Below are positions 49,301 through 62,929 of a DNA stretch of 64,000 nt, one piece after another (position 1 is the stretch's first letter; each line of letters begins with the position of its first letter). The translations under genes and the position numbers were made by a program. This DNA is from Heteronotia binoei (taxonomy: Eukaryota): assembly GCF_032191835.1 (NCBI RefSeq), contig NC_083223.1, forward strand, positions 250,604,001 to 250,668,000. Reading direction: 5' to 3'. Under the pieces are notes generated by a model. It was not told where the DNA came from, searched no databases, and worked only from the letters and a program-made list of their open reading frames with translations.

Positions 49301-49466
49301 AGATGTTACAAAGAGATTTCAAACAAGATCTACTACCGAGAACAATTGATTCACTCCGAGCAAGTGGGACCATCTGCAATAATAGACAGATAAACAAGGT
49401 AGGATTAAGCATAAAACTTAGTGCAAGAAAGGTAAGCAGATTCCTAGAAGTTACAATGGTATAGCT

Positions 49467-50065
49467 CAGGGGTGTTAAACTTACGGCCCGGGGGCCAAAT
49501 CAGGCCCCCAAGCAACTGGCTGTCATCTGCTTCCTTCTCCCTCTCTCTTGCTTCCTTCTGCATCACAGCTTGCTTTATCAGTCTTGCTCAATCGCCCAGG
49601 AGTAACAGAGCAAAACCTTTTTTTTCTCCATTGGCTGAGGTTCCTCCCTTGGGGAGGAAGGGAGGGAAGGCAGAGCCTGTTTTTCCAGGCTCTCTCAATC
49701 GCACAGCAGAGGTACTGAGCCAACCTCTCTTCCTTCTATTGACTGAGGTTCCTTTCCCTCCTGGTCCCCTGGGGAAGGAAGAAAAGAGCTAGAGTTTCCC
49801 TTGCCCAGTTCCCTGGATCCCATGGGAGAGATACAAAGAAAGCATCTTTAAGACCAACAAGTGCTAACATCTTAAACATGTTTAAAGGGTTTTTTTTAAA
49901 AAAAATGTAATTGTGTTTGACTGTGTCCTTTATAAACTTTATATCTCTGCTACTTAATCTTAAATAGGTATACGCATAGCCTGGCCCGACCTGACATGGC
50001 CCGGCCCAACAAGGTCTCATTTATGTCAGATTTGGCCCTCATAACAAATGAGTTCAACACCCTTG
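49467..50065. mobile_element. hAT-type MITE
   Basis: TIR caggggtgttaaac / gagttcaacacccttg; perfect 8-bp TSD gtatagct. Confidence 0.9.
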
Positions 50066-52625
50066 GTATAGCTGAATTAATTGACATCTGTAATGAGTGG
50101 GATATGCAAGATATTAACATCAGTAGTGCCCAAGGAATCCCTGATTCCTGGGAAGATTTTTTGGGGGGGCGGGGGGAATTGTTTTGTGTTGTGTTCATTG
50201 AGTTGGTGGAAAGTGCCATCAAGTCACAATCAACTTACATGACTCCATAGGGTTTTCAAGGCAAGAGGCATTTGGCATTTTGCCACTGCCTGCCTCTGCA
50301 TAGCAACTCTGGACTTTCTTGGTGGTTTCCCATCCAAGTACCAACCAGGACCAATCCTGCTTAGTTTCTGAGATCTGACAAGATCTAGCTAGCCTGGGCC
50401 ATCCAAGCTCTTGAATTTGTTAGTGAAGTCTATTTCCCTGTTGGATTCTCCCTTTGAACATTGCAGGTGTGATATTTCAGGGCCACCACCAGCATCCTGA
50501 GGTTGGGATCCAAACAACTGTGCAACTAGTTCCATCTAATCCAGGAGTAGGGTCCTTTTGGGTGTGGTCACTCAACAGCACAACCCCCACAGTGACATGG
50601 CAAAACGTCAAAATGGGAGGGGGGATTTGGAAAGCAGTTGTAGATGTGGCATTAGAGTAGCAGACAAGGTGTGAAAGTAGGGGTCCCAGCTCTGAGTCCA
50701 GAGATTAAAAGGTGGAGCCTGAGACAGTGAGGTTTAGGGAGGAAGTGTGACGACAGGATATAATGCTATGCCGTCCACCTTCCAAATCAGCCATTTTCTC
50801 CAGAAGTAGAAGAAATGTATTAATTTAAAAACGATTAATGTCGTTTGGGGATCAGCTGTAATTTTGGGAGATCTTCAGCTCCCACCTTGAGATTGGCATC
50901 CCTATGTGAGAGAACTTCTGTTCTTCAGAAGGAAAAAAGTAAGATATCTATGTGAGAATAGGCAAATTCTTAAAGAATCCTAAAGGATTGGGTTGCCAGA
51001 TCCAACTCAGGAAATATCTGGGGGCTTTGTGGGTGTGGCCAGGATACTTAGGGGGTGTGGCCAGGAGCAAGGTTGTGACCCCATGACTGAACTCCAAAGG
51101 GAATTCTGGGCATCACATTTAATGGGACTTTTAAATCTTCCCTTCTTTGGAAATAATGGAGAATTGGGGCACCTTATTTTGGGGCTCATAGAATTGGAAC
51201 CCCTGGGGTGTGTGAGGAGAGGCACCAGATGCTATGCTGAAAATTTGGTGCCTACCTCAAAAAATGCCCCCTCTCGAGCCTCAGATACCTACAGATTTAT
51301 TCTCCATTATACCTTATGGGGACCAGTTTCCATAGGGTATAATGGAGAGGCCAGTGAACATTCAACCCCCCCCCCCGCTTTCTGATAACCCTGAAGTGGA
51401 GGGAGGGCCTCCAAACCAGGGGATCCCCTGCCCCCAACTGGAGATTGGCAAACCTACAAGAGCTTTCTAGCTCCCAGCTTGTTGTATTTATTAACAGAAA
51501 AGTACACCGTTCTGTGTTCAGAGGTGTTTGTGAATTCATAAGATTCCTTAATATTTGATAGCTAATGCAGTGGAGTTGCTAATCTGAGTGATTGTGCTTA
51601 TTTTCTCTATGTTAGAGGAAAAGGTTCATTTGCCAGTTTCTAAAGAGTAGTCTCCCCAGTCCCTAAATGGCCTTATATAAACTGATCACTCTCACATACC
51701 CAAACACCCCCCTGCAATATGAGGAGGGTAATGCTGGCCTACTTTTCAGCGTTGTTGTACTGATAAAATAATATACATGGATCATTTTGAAGTTCTACGT
51801 ACGTGCAAAGTACAAGTGATCATTTTCCATTTGGAATCTGATATAATTTCTCTCCTGTTTAATCCCAGATGTTGCGGGGAAGGGAGAAAGCCTTCTTTCC
51901 CACCCTATTCAGAGCAGCAGACACCAGTTTGCAAGAAGTGGGAAACAGAGAAGATGGTTTTTTGAGTGGCAGGATTGTCCTTTGGGTCTCTTCCAACAAC
52001 CTGCTGCTTTGAGCCAAAGACGGCTCAAGGCCGACTAGAGAAGAACAAAAGAACATTGGCAAGAGACTGTTCATTGTGGGATGGGCCTGGGGGCTGCAAC
52101 CAGGCAGGGGTGGGGGGAGGGCAGAGAGAGAAGGGATGCAGATAGTGGAGAATCCAGTGGATGACTGGGGCACAGAGGGATTGTGCAATGGCAGTCCTGG
52201 AAGCGAAGATTATGAAACCATAGATGTCAGTTATAGTAAACAGATGCTATGTACGTGGCTTGATTTCTTAAGAAAGGGAGATGTGCAGAGATTTGTACGT
52301 ATCATTTCTTCTGAAGGGGCCTTACTTCCAAATGCAAGGTAATGGCGGTGGTACCGGGAAGGCATTCTGCACATGCTAAGAGACACTCCACTATTGTAGC
52401 ACAAGTTCCAAAGGGCAAATTAAGCTCTCCCTAAACACACACACACACAACCCCCCCCCCACACACACACAATTTGACACTAACTCCCAAAATACCAGCC
52501 CTCCCCCTCTTCCTGCCTCAGTGGTTTCCCCACCGGATGCCTCCCCCCTCCACTTGAAGTCCCTATAAGTGCTTTGCTTGGGTTGCAGGCTGGCAGTTCC
52601 ACAGTGGCACAGAGATACACCGGCA

Positions 52626-52724
52626 ATGTGGTCAGCCACCCTGCATGCTTACTTGATGGTGTGGGGGTTATCGGTCTCTGTCCCCTATCCTGACAATTCC
52701 TTCCTACCATCAGTTCTGAACCTG
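52626..52724 (+). CDS. CTSW: Cathepsin W exon 1 (signal peptide)
   Basis: MWSATLHAYLMVWGLSVSVPYPDNSFLPSVLNL, donor CTG|GTGAGG, phase 0, matching exon 2. TATA-like ctataag near 52563. Confidence 0.7.
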
Positions 52725-53365
52725 GTGAGGAAATTGAAGAGAAGGGGGAGAAAGGGGAGGGGGGTGCCAAGAAGGCAGCAGGGTTAAGCAGAAGCAGGCA
52801 GGCAGGGTTGTTGTTTGCAAATAAGACTGTTTTGATACCTTTACTTTTCCTGATGGGGCTCTTATGTCTTCCAATGTTGATCTATGGACAGAAATTCCAC
52901 AGGTAAAACTCCTCCCCTGCTGCACAACCGTATCAGAAAAAGCAGCCTCTGCTTCATTTCTGCCTTTTGCATGGTTGTTAAAAGACAGGCACCAGAAGGA
53001 AAGTCAGCAAGCTTGCCCGCTCTAAGCTGTGGAATCTTGTGAGCAAATATTCTACTTTGTGAGCTACTGGCATTAAAGTTGTGTGCAAGCCATTTGGCTA
53101 ATGCATAAATCAGTTTGCTCTGGGGCCATCCTCCTGAGCGAAGACAAAAATGTGTGCACTAGAGGCTAAAAAGCTGTGAGCTAGCTCACACTAACTCAGT
53201 TTAGAGGCAACACTGGAGGTCATAGATAAGGCATTGAGGCCAGAAAAGGAGTGGGTAGACAATAATAAACATAACAAATATTTTAAATAAGTAATGGCTG
53301 AAGGGGATCTGCTCCATTGGAGAATTAAACCATCTGCTCAGTTTATTTTTTCCTTTCTGTTTCAG

Positions 53366-53432
53366 ACACAGGTAGCCCTGATCTTCCAGGATTTTATGAC
53401 ACAGTTCAACAAAACCTATGGGAGTCAAGAAG
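53366..53432 (+). CDS. CTSW: Cathepsin W exon 2 (I29 propeptide)
   Basis: tttcag| TQVALIFQDFMTQFNKTYGSQE+E |gtaagg, 67 nt. Confidence 0.9.
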
Positions 53433-54094
53433 GTAAGGGCTCCAGCCTACAGGGCTAACTGCAGGGTTTGGGGTTGGGAAAGGAAATGGTTCATATTGTG
53501 TTTTCTTACCAGTCTCCTATTTTGTGAAGGGGGAGAATGGCAGGCAGAAATTCAACAAGTACAGTGTAGCCAAAGAAAAGGGGAAACTGCCTGTTTAATA
53601 TCTACCTGACCTGATCCTATTGAATCACAGGAGACCTGCCAGAGAACGGGCAGGATCGTTGTTCTCTCACATCCAGCCCTTCCTCCTCATTGCATTCACC
53701 CCTCCCACCCAGTTTTGGCAGTTCTTGATAACTAATCTCCACAGGCATCCTATGAGGTTGTTCACTGTTATTCTCATTTTATGGATCCGTTATCTGAAGT
53801 TGAGGGACTGGACCTCAGTTATTTATTGAGCTTTAAGACAGAGCTTACATTGTCAACCAAACCTTCTCTGTATTCTCCTTTGCCTCCATGAGGATGGGGG
53901 AGGGGGTGTGCTCCAGAATCTGTCCTTGGTGCCTTGAAATATAGCCCCCAAAGAGCCAATTCACAGGGTTGATCTTCCAACGAAGTTCTTGGGGTGTGAT
54001 TCTCACCAGAAATCTTACTCAAAATGTATGATGTATTTCTTCAAGTTGGGGGAAGGTCCTGTCAGTCTGCTGAATCTGTCCTTTTACACCTCAG

Positions 54095-54208
54095 AGAGAG
54101 ACCATCGCTTCCAAGTCTTTGTGGAAAACCTGAAAGTGAGCTGTGCGTTACAGGCCTCAGAGTTGGGGACGGCCCAATATGGGGTCACTTTGTTCAGTGA
54201 CCTGACAG
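54095..54208 (+). CDS. CTSW: Cathepsin W exon 3 (ERFNAQ-type motif and G-x-T-x-F-x-D)
   Basis: 114 nt, (E)RDHRFQVFVENLKVSCALQASELGTAQYGVTLFSDLT; donor |gtgagg. The spacing E-x3-R-x3-F-x2-N-x3-S-x3-Q is the cathepsin F/W variant. Confidence 0.95.
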
Positions 54209-55339
54209 GTGAGGAGGAGGGAGCTGTCAGGCCCAAAGGAGGCGTTGGAATGAAGCTTCTGGCTTGGATGTTGGACGTCTGTCAAAGGTGGTGGATAGGA
54301 GAGTGATTAGACCCAAGGCTGGGGCCCAGGACTTAGGAAGTTCTCTTTGCTTAGCCCCAGGGAAATGAACATGGGCATTGTATTAATTAATGGCTGTCCT
54401 GATGTAGGGCATCTTCCTCTTACTAGAGGGGAGGAATTGGACCTTGCTTCTTGACCAGACAGGCCATTACAGTGGCCCTTTTTTAGCCAGATATCCTCCT
54501 AGAGGCAAGTCCTGTTAGCTGCTGAATCACTTAGCACATAGGTGGGTATTCTGAGGTAAAAATTCTTTGATGTCTTCCCCTGCCCCATGACACGAAGTAT
54601 GTTCTCACGAAGACTAAAGTCCAGCAGGGTAGTTCTAAGCCAGGGGTGGCCAAACTGTGACTTGGGAGCCACATGTGGCTCTTTTACACATATTGTGTGG
54701 CTCTCGAAGCCCCCACCACCCAGTTGGCTGGCTTTGAGAAGGGCATTTGTTTCTTTAAATCACTTCTCCAAGCCAAGCCAGCCAGCAGCTTGGAGAAGGC
54801 ATTTAAAGTTAAAGTTGCTTTCTTTCCACCTCTCCTTCCTTCCTCCATCTATTTCCTTTCCTTCCTTCCTTGTCTTCTGGCTCTCAAACATCTGACGTTT
54901 ATGTCTTGCAGCTCTCAAACATCTGATGTTTATTCTGTGTGGCTCTTATGTAAAGCAAGTCTGGCCACCCCTGCTCTAAGCGATGCCAGACAAAACATTT
55001 TTTAAATCAGTGGATTGACTCTGAGCCCCTTGTAATGTTGTATTAGAAGAGTTCACATAATTGCTGCTGTAGCAACCAGGCAGCCACATAATCAATAGGT
55101 AAAGCATTACTGCACTTGAGGAATTGCACCTATTGAATTTTTACCAGACATATGATCATTAAAGTTCTGTTCCCCCAGCCAATGTGAATTCTTATCTCCA
55201 GTTGTTCTATAAGCCTTTTCCAAAGAGGGTCTTCACAACCTCCACTTTCCAGAGAATTCTAACCAAAGGTTTAAGATAAATCTGCCATGCCCTAGTTTAA
55301 ACTAGAGCCACCAACTTTTTTTTTCAAATTTCCCCCCAG

Positions 55340-55476
55340 AAAGTGAGTTTGAAAAGATGTTTGGGATTCCTCATCCTTCTCATCCCCCTACATTGAAGAA
55401 GTCAGCAAAACCCCTCAAGAGTGCAAAGTCCTGCGACTGGAGAAAATATGGAGCTATCACAGCAGTAAAAAATCAG
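55340..55476 (+). CDS. CTSW: Cathepsin W exon 4 (end of propeptide, CDWR, oxyanion Gln)
   Basis: 137 nt, (E)SEFEKMFGIPHPSHPPTLKKSAKPLKSAKSCDWRKYGAITAVKNQ, donor |gtaaag. Confidence 0.95.
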
Positions 55477-57098
55477 GTAAAGGGATTTGTTGTGTGATGG
55501 AAACCATTAGGGGAAACCAAACATCTTCTCAAACTAAAGTGGGACATCCCTTTGTAATGAATAATGAAGGGAAGGGTCATCTATTGCCCCCTGGTGATGG
55601 CTTTAATACCAGACCGCCCCAGTCTCTTGTGGGGAGGGGGATTCAAGGGCAGCTGTTGCTGGCTCCCCTTTTGAGGAACCTCTTGAGACTTAGAAGACCT
55701 TTCTGAAAAATCTTCCTTTACAAGTTTATAGGTTAAGAAATGTTGGATAGATGCAGCTATGGCAGAATGTGAGCAGGCCCAGAATCCTACAAGCTGGGGA
55801 CCCACATCACAATGCTTTCTAGTGGGGCTGGCCCATGATCAGTCAGCTTTGTAGGGTTGCCAAGTCCCCTGTAGCCACTGACAGGGGAGGAAGGAGTTAG
55901 GGTTGCCGGTTCCAGGTTGGGAAACTCCTGGAGATCTGTGAGTAGAGCCTGGGGAGGACCTCAGGGAGCTACAATGCCATGGAGTCCACTCTCCAAAGCA
56001 TCCATTTTTTCCAGCATCTGTATTTTCACATCTCTACTTGGCAATGTGAGGATGTAAACCCAGGTCTCTTGGTTTTTAGTCCAAAGTTCCAATTACTGCA
56101 CCACCCTGGCTGTGCTAGGAAAGGTGGTTTCTGGAAACAGTTGGTGCTGTGCAGCTTATCTCTTATAAGAGGCAGTTTCTTTGTCCTGATTTTGAACAAA
56201 CTATAGTTGCCACCTTTAGCAGCCAGACAAAGTTTTCTTGCTGCCTTTTTCATGCCAGTAGAAAGCCTTCTGACAGTGCTGCAAATGGATAAGACTGAAC
56301 ATTGTAGTGGCTCCCACCTTGTGGAATGGCCTGCCTGAAGAGGCCAGGAAGATTCCCCCCCGCCCCACTTTAATTTAGTAAAATGTGCAAAACTTAATTT
56401 TTTAGGAGGGCATTTTTATAAAGAGATGGAACTGGATTATAACGGAATAGCTGAGGAGGTCAGTAGTGTAAGGAGATGGTTTTCACTGCCAGCCAATGGG
56501 GAACCATCCTGCCTGCTGCCATTTATGCTCCACCTTTCCTTGTGGTTCAAGAGTATGGCTGAGAGTTCTGATCAAGGTTAGATTTTCAAAGGCACAGAAC
56601 TGTTGAGTTTATCCCAGATTAGCTAACTGGGAAGATTTATCTCATGATTGGCAACTCTGGAAGGCTTACTTTGTCATTGGCCTGTGTGAGGGAGTGAAGA
56701 TAGAGTCTTGGCTATTTTAAAGTAAAAAGAGCAAACTAATGAAAGCTTCTTATATTTAAGCCTTAGCAGTGGGGAAAACTGACAGTTCATTTATCAGTAT
56801 GTAAAATGTGCTTCCATCATGAATGCATTACCCATTCATCAATGACAAAAACATCTTTTGCATCCTGCTAGTGCAATGATGCTGTGTATTCTTGGTTCTT
56901 GGGGGGCAACACTGGGAGGGCTTCTAGTGTCCTGGCCCCACTGATGGACCTCCTGATGGCAACTGGTTTTTTGTTTTGTTTTGTTTTTGCCACTGTGTGA
57001 CACAGAGTGTTGGACTGGATGGGCCATTGGCCTGATCCAACATGGCTTCTCTTATGTTCTTATGTAGTGCTATACATTTCTATTTCCTTCCTTCTCAG

Positions 57099-57195
57099 GG
57101 TACCTGTAAATCATGCTGGGCTTTTGCTGCTGTATCCAACATTGAGGCCTTGTGGAACATCCATTGCGATTCACCACGAAACCTCTCTGTACAGG
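57099..57195 (+). CDS. CTSW: Cathepsin W exon 5 (catalytic Cys)
   Basis: 97 nt, GTCKSCWAFAAVSNIEALWNIHCDSPRNLSVQ+E, donor |gtatgt. NIEALW-x-I matches CTSW NIETLWRI. Confidence 0.95.
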
Positions 57196-57681
57196 GTATG
57201 TCTGGTATCAAAAGAAAGCTTGATGGGTTTGGGCCAGGTCTGACTTGGGCTGAGCGCTAGAGCTGACATATGATTGGCTGTAAAATCTGTTTCCAAATTC
57301 CAAAGATATGGAGAACACTCAGCAATTTGCCTTGGATCACTGCCATGAAAGCCATGAGTAAACAGGGTTATTCTCTTTCCCCTAGATCAGATGGATTTGA
57401 GTCCCCACGATGACCTCTGATTTACCTATGCTTTTGTGCATTGTTAATTTTTGTAACTCATTGTCACAATATGCAGCAGAAGCAAACTGAATTAGCTGGA
57501 CAAATTCCAGGAAGAAAGGATGCGAGGAAAGTGTTTCCAGAACATTAATTTATTTCTACAACGGATTCTTCCTATCATAGAATCATAGAGTTGGAAGGGA
57601 TCATGTAGTCCAACCATATGCACAATGCAGGAAACTCACAAATAGCTCCCCCCCATAGAGTCCCCCCCACTTACTCAGGTG

Positions 57682-58288
57682 GGTAAGAAAACAACAAAAC
57701 ACGGTGTAAATTACACGCTTAAAGTAAATGCTTTACATTCTTTACTCATGCATCACTTATTATGGCTAGCATCAAATGCTCTTAACCCAATACTGAAACT
57801 TAAAGAGTCCACAGTCCTCAAACAAAGGCTCTATTGCAGTACGCAGATGGTACTGTATATCCTTGAATCAATCCTGAGGTAGCAGTCCTCTATTCAACGA
57901 AAGGTTCTCCTAACCTAATAAATACTAAGGTTCTCCTAACCTAATAAATACATCGGGGATGTGAGCAGTTGCCTTAGCATGGGTTCCTGATTCAAGAATA
58001 CGCAGACACTGGAAGTGGCAAATGCCGCACCTGTTGAATAGAGAACAGTACCATCTGCGTCTACCAGCAAGAGGGATATAAAGACAACAGGATTTAGCAC
58101 CTATTGTTTGCAGGATCCAATTTGGATCCTATTTGCAATAGAGCCTTTGTTTGAGGACTGTGGACTTTTTAAGTTTCGGTATTGGATTAAAAGCATTTAA
58201 TGCTAGCCATAATAAGTGATATATGAGTAAAGAATGTAAAGCATTTACTTTGTGTGTAATTTACACGGTGTTTTGTTGTTTTCTTACC
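57682..58288. repeat. About 600-bp foldback element with ~160-bp inverted arms in CTSW intron 5
   Basis: 57682-57840 is the reverse complement of about 58131-58288 with few mismatches. There is an inner inverted pair and a ~25-bp tandem duplication at 57901-57951. No TSD seen. Confidence 0.8.
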
Positions 58289-59731
58289 AGTCTGTACACT
58301 GTGGTTTCCGGTTTGCCTAATCCCCAGATGGGGGCAGGGGATCCCCCAGTTTGGAGGCCCTCCCCCCGCTCCAGGGTCACCAGAAAGCGGGGTGGGGGGG
58401 GAGGGAAATGTTTGCTGGGCACTCCATTATTCCTTTTGGAAACCAATTCTCATAGGGTATAATGGAAAATTGATTTGTGGGTATCAGGGGCTCTGGGGGA
58501 AGCTTCTTTTTTTAGGTAGAGGCACCAAATTTTCAGCATAGCATCTGGTGCCTCTCCCTAAAACACCCTACAGGCTTCAAAAAGATTGGACCAGGGGGTC
58601 CAATTCTATGAGCCCCTATAGGTGTCCCTATCCATTATTTCTAGAGGAAAGGCATTTAAAAAGAGTGAGTTTCCTTTAAATGTGATGGCCAGAACTCCCT
58701 TTGGAATTCAATTATGCTTGTCACAACCTTGCTCCTGGCTCCACCCCCAAATTCCCCAGATATTTTTTGAATTGGACATGGCAACCCTGCCCCCACACCC
58801 AGTTACACCTGCTGACACCTGTTCCATGCCCAGAAGATGCCCCCACCCCCCCAAAAAACAACCCTCCAGGATCCCTAGCCAAACTGTCAGACTTTCAGAG
58901 GTTCATTTAAATTGTTTTATTTAACCAGGATCCCTAGGTAAACTGGCCTGGAGAAAATTTGCTGTCTGACCCCGAAGTGCTAGAGAAGTGCTCCTTTGTT
59001 TTATTTACACACACATACAATAAACCTAGAACAGTACCTATTTCTTTTACCTATTTCTCTGCCTGACTCAGTGGTTCTGTAAAAAGAAAAGATTTCCAAA
59101 TCAGTTCGGTTGCCATCTCTGCATCAGGAAACACTCGGAAATTTTCGGGATGGAGCCTTGGGATGACAGAGCCTGGGAGGAGGCAGAAATTGATCTCTGC
59201 TGCCTTCTGGAGATCAATTCTAATCCCAGGTGATTGCTAGGGCTCACCCGGAGGTTGGCAAATTTACAAATCAGCCAACTTCTTTTTGGTTTGTGGTGGG
59301 TGGGGATTGATTATACATCATTCCCAGTGACAGATAATTGCCAGATCTGAGTGTAAAGGATTATATTTAGAGAGTGTAAAAGGATTATATTTGACAAGTT
59401 CAGGAAATTATTACTTTCCCCAAAAAAACATCCTTCCCATGACTCCAAAGTGAACTGAATTTTACAAGTTTGAAAACCGAAAATTTTGGAACACTGAAAA
59501 TCCATCTGGATTTCAAATGTGTATTAAAATATCAATTCTGTGTTAACTCTTTTTGTCAATGATCACTTTTTTGATTGATGGTTCTTACTGCTAACATTTT
59601 TGGCCTGGCCTGGATCATATCTGCAGGGAGGGAGAAAGGAACTAAGGTTGAATACTACTCTTACTAAGCCTCTTATTTCTAAATGATGGACTCTATTTTA
59701 ACCTTGCTGATCTTGCTTTCTCCCATTCCAG

Positions 59732-59812
59732 AGGTTGTTGATTGTACAAGATGTGGATCTGGCTGTGAGGGGGGATTTCCATGGGATGCCTTCCAGACAG
59801 TCCTCAATCACA
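59732..59812 (+). CDS. CTSW: Cathepsin W exon 6
   Basis: 81 nt, (E)[26 protein letters not shown], donor |gtatgt. Matches CTSW [26 protein letters not shown]. Confidence 0.95.
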
Positions 59813-61243
59813 GTATGTTCTCCAACACCCTCCTTCACCTAAGCTGCCCTGCCCACCACATGGCCATTCTGATCTGGAGAAAGTCTTTCTTCAACACAAA
59901 TGTTGTAGAATGGCCCCTGCATTTGCCCTAAACCTCTGTGTTCAACCTTTATGGTCCCTTGCTCCTCTTCAAGACTAGCCCCTGTGGGTAAGGGTTATAG
60001 AATCTTGAGGAGGCTGTCCCATAAGCCAGCATAGGACTTTTGCTTTGCTTGTAACATCTGTTACAGTTGAGCCTGTTGGGTGACTACCTGCTGCCACAAC
60101 CTGCTGCTCCTGGGCCTGAGCTGCTCACCAAGCCATACCCACCGGTCTTGAGGGTTTGTCTCAGGTCTTCCTTGTTCATCAGGGGGGCTTGGCTTGTCTG
60201 TATTCTCCACCACTGTGGCCCCCCCAGGGGGCAGCGGGACAATATGACTGACTTCCATAAACATCATGATTGACTTCCATAATCAGCAGAGAATCACCGG
60301 ACAGAGTGATGTTCCTTAACTGCCTCTTTGTTGGTGTAGGAAAGTCCACAGTTTTCCTCATGAGCACAGATCCCTTCACCCACCCATTCTGCCCTTGAAA
60401 CCTCAGGGGCTGAGCTGTACCTCTGAGGCCTTGGGGCAGCTCCACCAGACCTGTCCCAGTTGGGTAGCCTTCTCTTGCTCCAGCTCCTCCTTTAGGTTCC
60501 GTCTTTCTTCCTTCTTTGCTCAACCAGTTTGCATTCTTCATCTCCTCCCTCTCTTCTGACATAGCCCCTTTTTATTCCTGAGGCCCAGCACCACCCCTTG
60601 TGGCTCTCTTAACTCCTTCTTTGCCTTGCCGTGTTCCAGCTGGGTTTGCATAGGGCTGCTACTTGCGAGTTGCCCCATCGTCTGGGTTTGCATAGGGCTT
60701 CTTGCGAGTTGCCCCATCCTCTCCTGGTGCATCTGCTGTTTTTTGCCCAGTAAGTGGCACCTCCCACTCACTGGGCCTCTTCCTCTCCTGGTGGTGGCCT
60801 GCTTAGAGAGGCCTTGGGACAGCCAGATGAGAACTGGCCTATTAAGCCAGGAAAGGGAGAAGGCTAGGAGTAGCTGATCCCAAGGCTTTGTACTGCCTGT
60901 CAACTGGAGTTGTCCAGTATGCTTTTCTAGGCCCATCTGTGCATGCAGTTTGACTAAGGCCCAGCTCGAGAGCATAAGAGACCCGTGGTTCAAATCCCAG
61001 AGGCCCAGAAAGTGAACAAAATTTGTTTTTGTGTAAACCTGAACTTTGTAAACCTTCTTGAGTGTGTTATTAGTCTTGGACTTGGACCAGAAGACCCAGA
61101 TTAAAATCCTTGTTTGCCTGTGAAAACTGCATGGGTGAGGGGAAGGGCTTGGGTCTGCCCTCTTGTTGATACAGTCCCTAATGAATGGGATGGAGAGAGA
61201 AAGGACAGTTTCCTCACCTGATAGACAATGTGCTCCATTCTAG

Positions 61244-61363
61244 GTGGACTGACAGAAGCGAAACACTATCCTTATGTGAACAAAGAGCAGCTGTGCAGAA
61301 AGAACCAAGGGAAAGCAGTTGCCTGGATCCATGACTATGAATTCCTGTCCAGGGATGAGAAAC
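61244..61363 (+). CDS. CTSW: Cathepsin W exon 7
   Basis: 120 nt, (S)GLTEAKHYPYVNKEQLCRKNQGKAVAWIHDYEFLSRDEK, donor |gtaagg. VAWIHDY matches VAWIQDF. Confidence 0.95.
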
Positions 61364-62578
61364 GTAAGGATTTATGGTGATAGTTTACAAAGGCATGGAA
61401 GCCTATGAAAAGGGGGCGTGACAGAGAACTTCATGCAGAGGACCCCACATTCAATCCCAGGCATCTCCATTTTAAAGAATCTCCTGCGTGGAGCAGGAGG
61501 GACTTTTCTCTACCTGGAATCCTGGCTAGACAATATAATTGAGAAAGACCAGTGATCTGATTTCAATTGAAGGAGGCTGCGTTTCAGCTCTGCTTATGGG
61601 GAATTGACTCCCAGAGGCAAGCGGTGAGAAGAATGCACTCTGCACATATTCAGAGAAGTAGCCCCCCCCTCCCCCAGATACCAAATCAGACCATTGGCCC
61701 ATCTAACTCAATGCTGTTTGCTCTGCCTTGCTGGAGAAGACCACTAATGCCTACTACTTAAGATTTTTTAACTGGAGTTGTCAGATTGAATCTAGGACCT
61801 TCTGCATGCAAAGTACATGCTCTACAATGGAGCCACCTCTTTAGATGTTGTTTGGGGCTGATGAACCCGCACTTCAAGTGCTAGCTTAAATGGAATCTGG
61901 ATGAGTAAGCCCACAGACTTTCTGTGTGAGTCTCGGGGGCGGGGGGATGTAAAGCACCTGAGCAGGGCAAGGAGAAAGCAGAGATAAGGGGAAGAACTGG
62001 AGCAAGGTGCCAGGGATCTGCTTGCTGTGACTATCTTCTGTTGCTTCACTGGATTGAATAATGTTCCAAATACTGGAAGTGAGCTTCTAAGTTACACAGA
62101 ATCCTTTGTAAGGTGTAACTGTAAATTTTCCTTTTAAGGACAAAGGATACTGCATACCCAGGCAAACGCAGACTCGGTAAAGATTGCAGTACTTAGAAAG
62201 AATAGAGCACAGAATGTTATTGTGCCAATACCAGCCTAAGAAGACAGCATCTTCTTTTTGATTTTTGTACTGTATAATGTGCACGTGCTGAAGAACTCTG
62301 TAACTCCAAAGCTAACTTTTGCCACTTTGAATTTATCAGTTTGCATGGATTCCTCCTCCCTTCTAATGATAGCCTGGCCACAGAGAGGCTATTTGTGGTA
62401 ACTTGGCAGCTATTTAGCACATGTCCAAGCTATTATAATATCTCATGTGTCAAGACTAGACCTTGACATGGCTATAGAGATCACATTCTGGGGCAGGAAT
62501 CAAGGATCAGAATATCTGGTCTCCCATCTCTGTACCCCGGTGCTAATCTCAGATGTCATTTTCCTTGCTGTTCCCCAG

Positions 62579-62643
62579 ACATAGCCCAAGTCATTGCTTT
62601 CCAAGGTCCTGTAACAGCGCTCATCAATATCAAGTCACTTCAG
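62579..62643 (+). CDS. CTSW: Cathepsin W exon 8
   Basis: 65 nt, (H)IAQVIAFQGPVTALINIKSLQ, donor |gtaggt. Confidence 0.95.
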
Positions 62644-62929
62644 GTAGGTGTCTGATGGAGGTGGAGAGAAACCCATCCCTTCTTCCCCTCTCCTTGGCCT
62701 ATGCCAGGGGTGGCCAATGGTAGCTCTCCAGATGTTTTTTGCCTACAACTCCCATCAGCCCCAGCCAGCATGGCCAATGGCTGGGGCTGATGGGAGTTAC
62801 AGGCAAAAAACATCTGGAGAGCTACCGTTGGCCACCCCTGGCCTACACCACCTCCAAGACAAAAAACTGCCCCTGCTTCCAGAACACCTCCTGTCCCTTT
62901 CTGATCAGTTTGTGTTCTCTGTCTGCCAG

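Noticed and set aside
52076-52342. 88-aa plus-strand ORF just upstream of CTSW
   Set aside because: No recognisable motif or consistent splice sites; probably chance or old repeat.
60060-61000. Minus-strand ORFs in CTSW intron 6, including a GDSLL motif
   Set aside because: At most a decayed LINE ORF1 (SGNH esterase-like) fragment with a local ~40-bp tandem repeat; there is no coherent frame.
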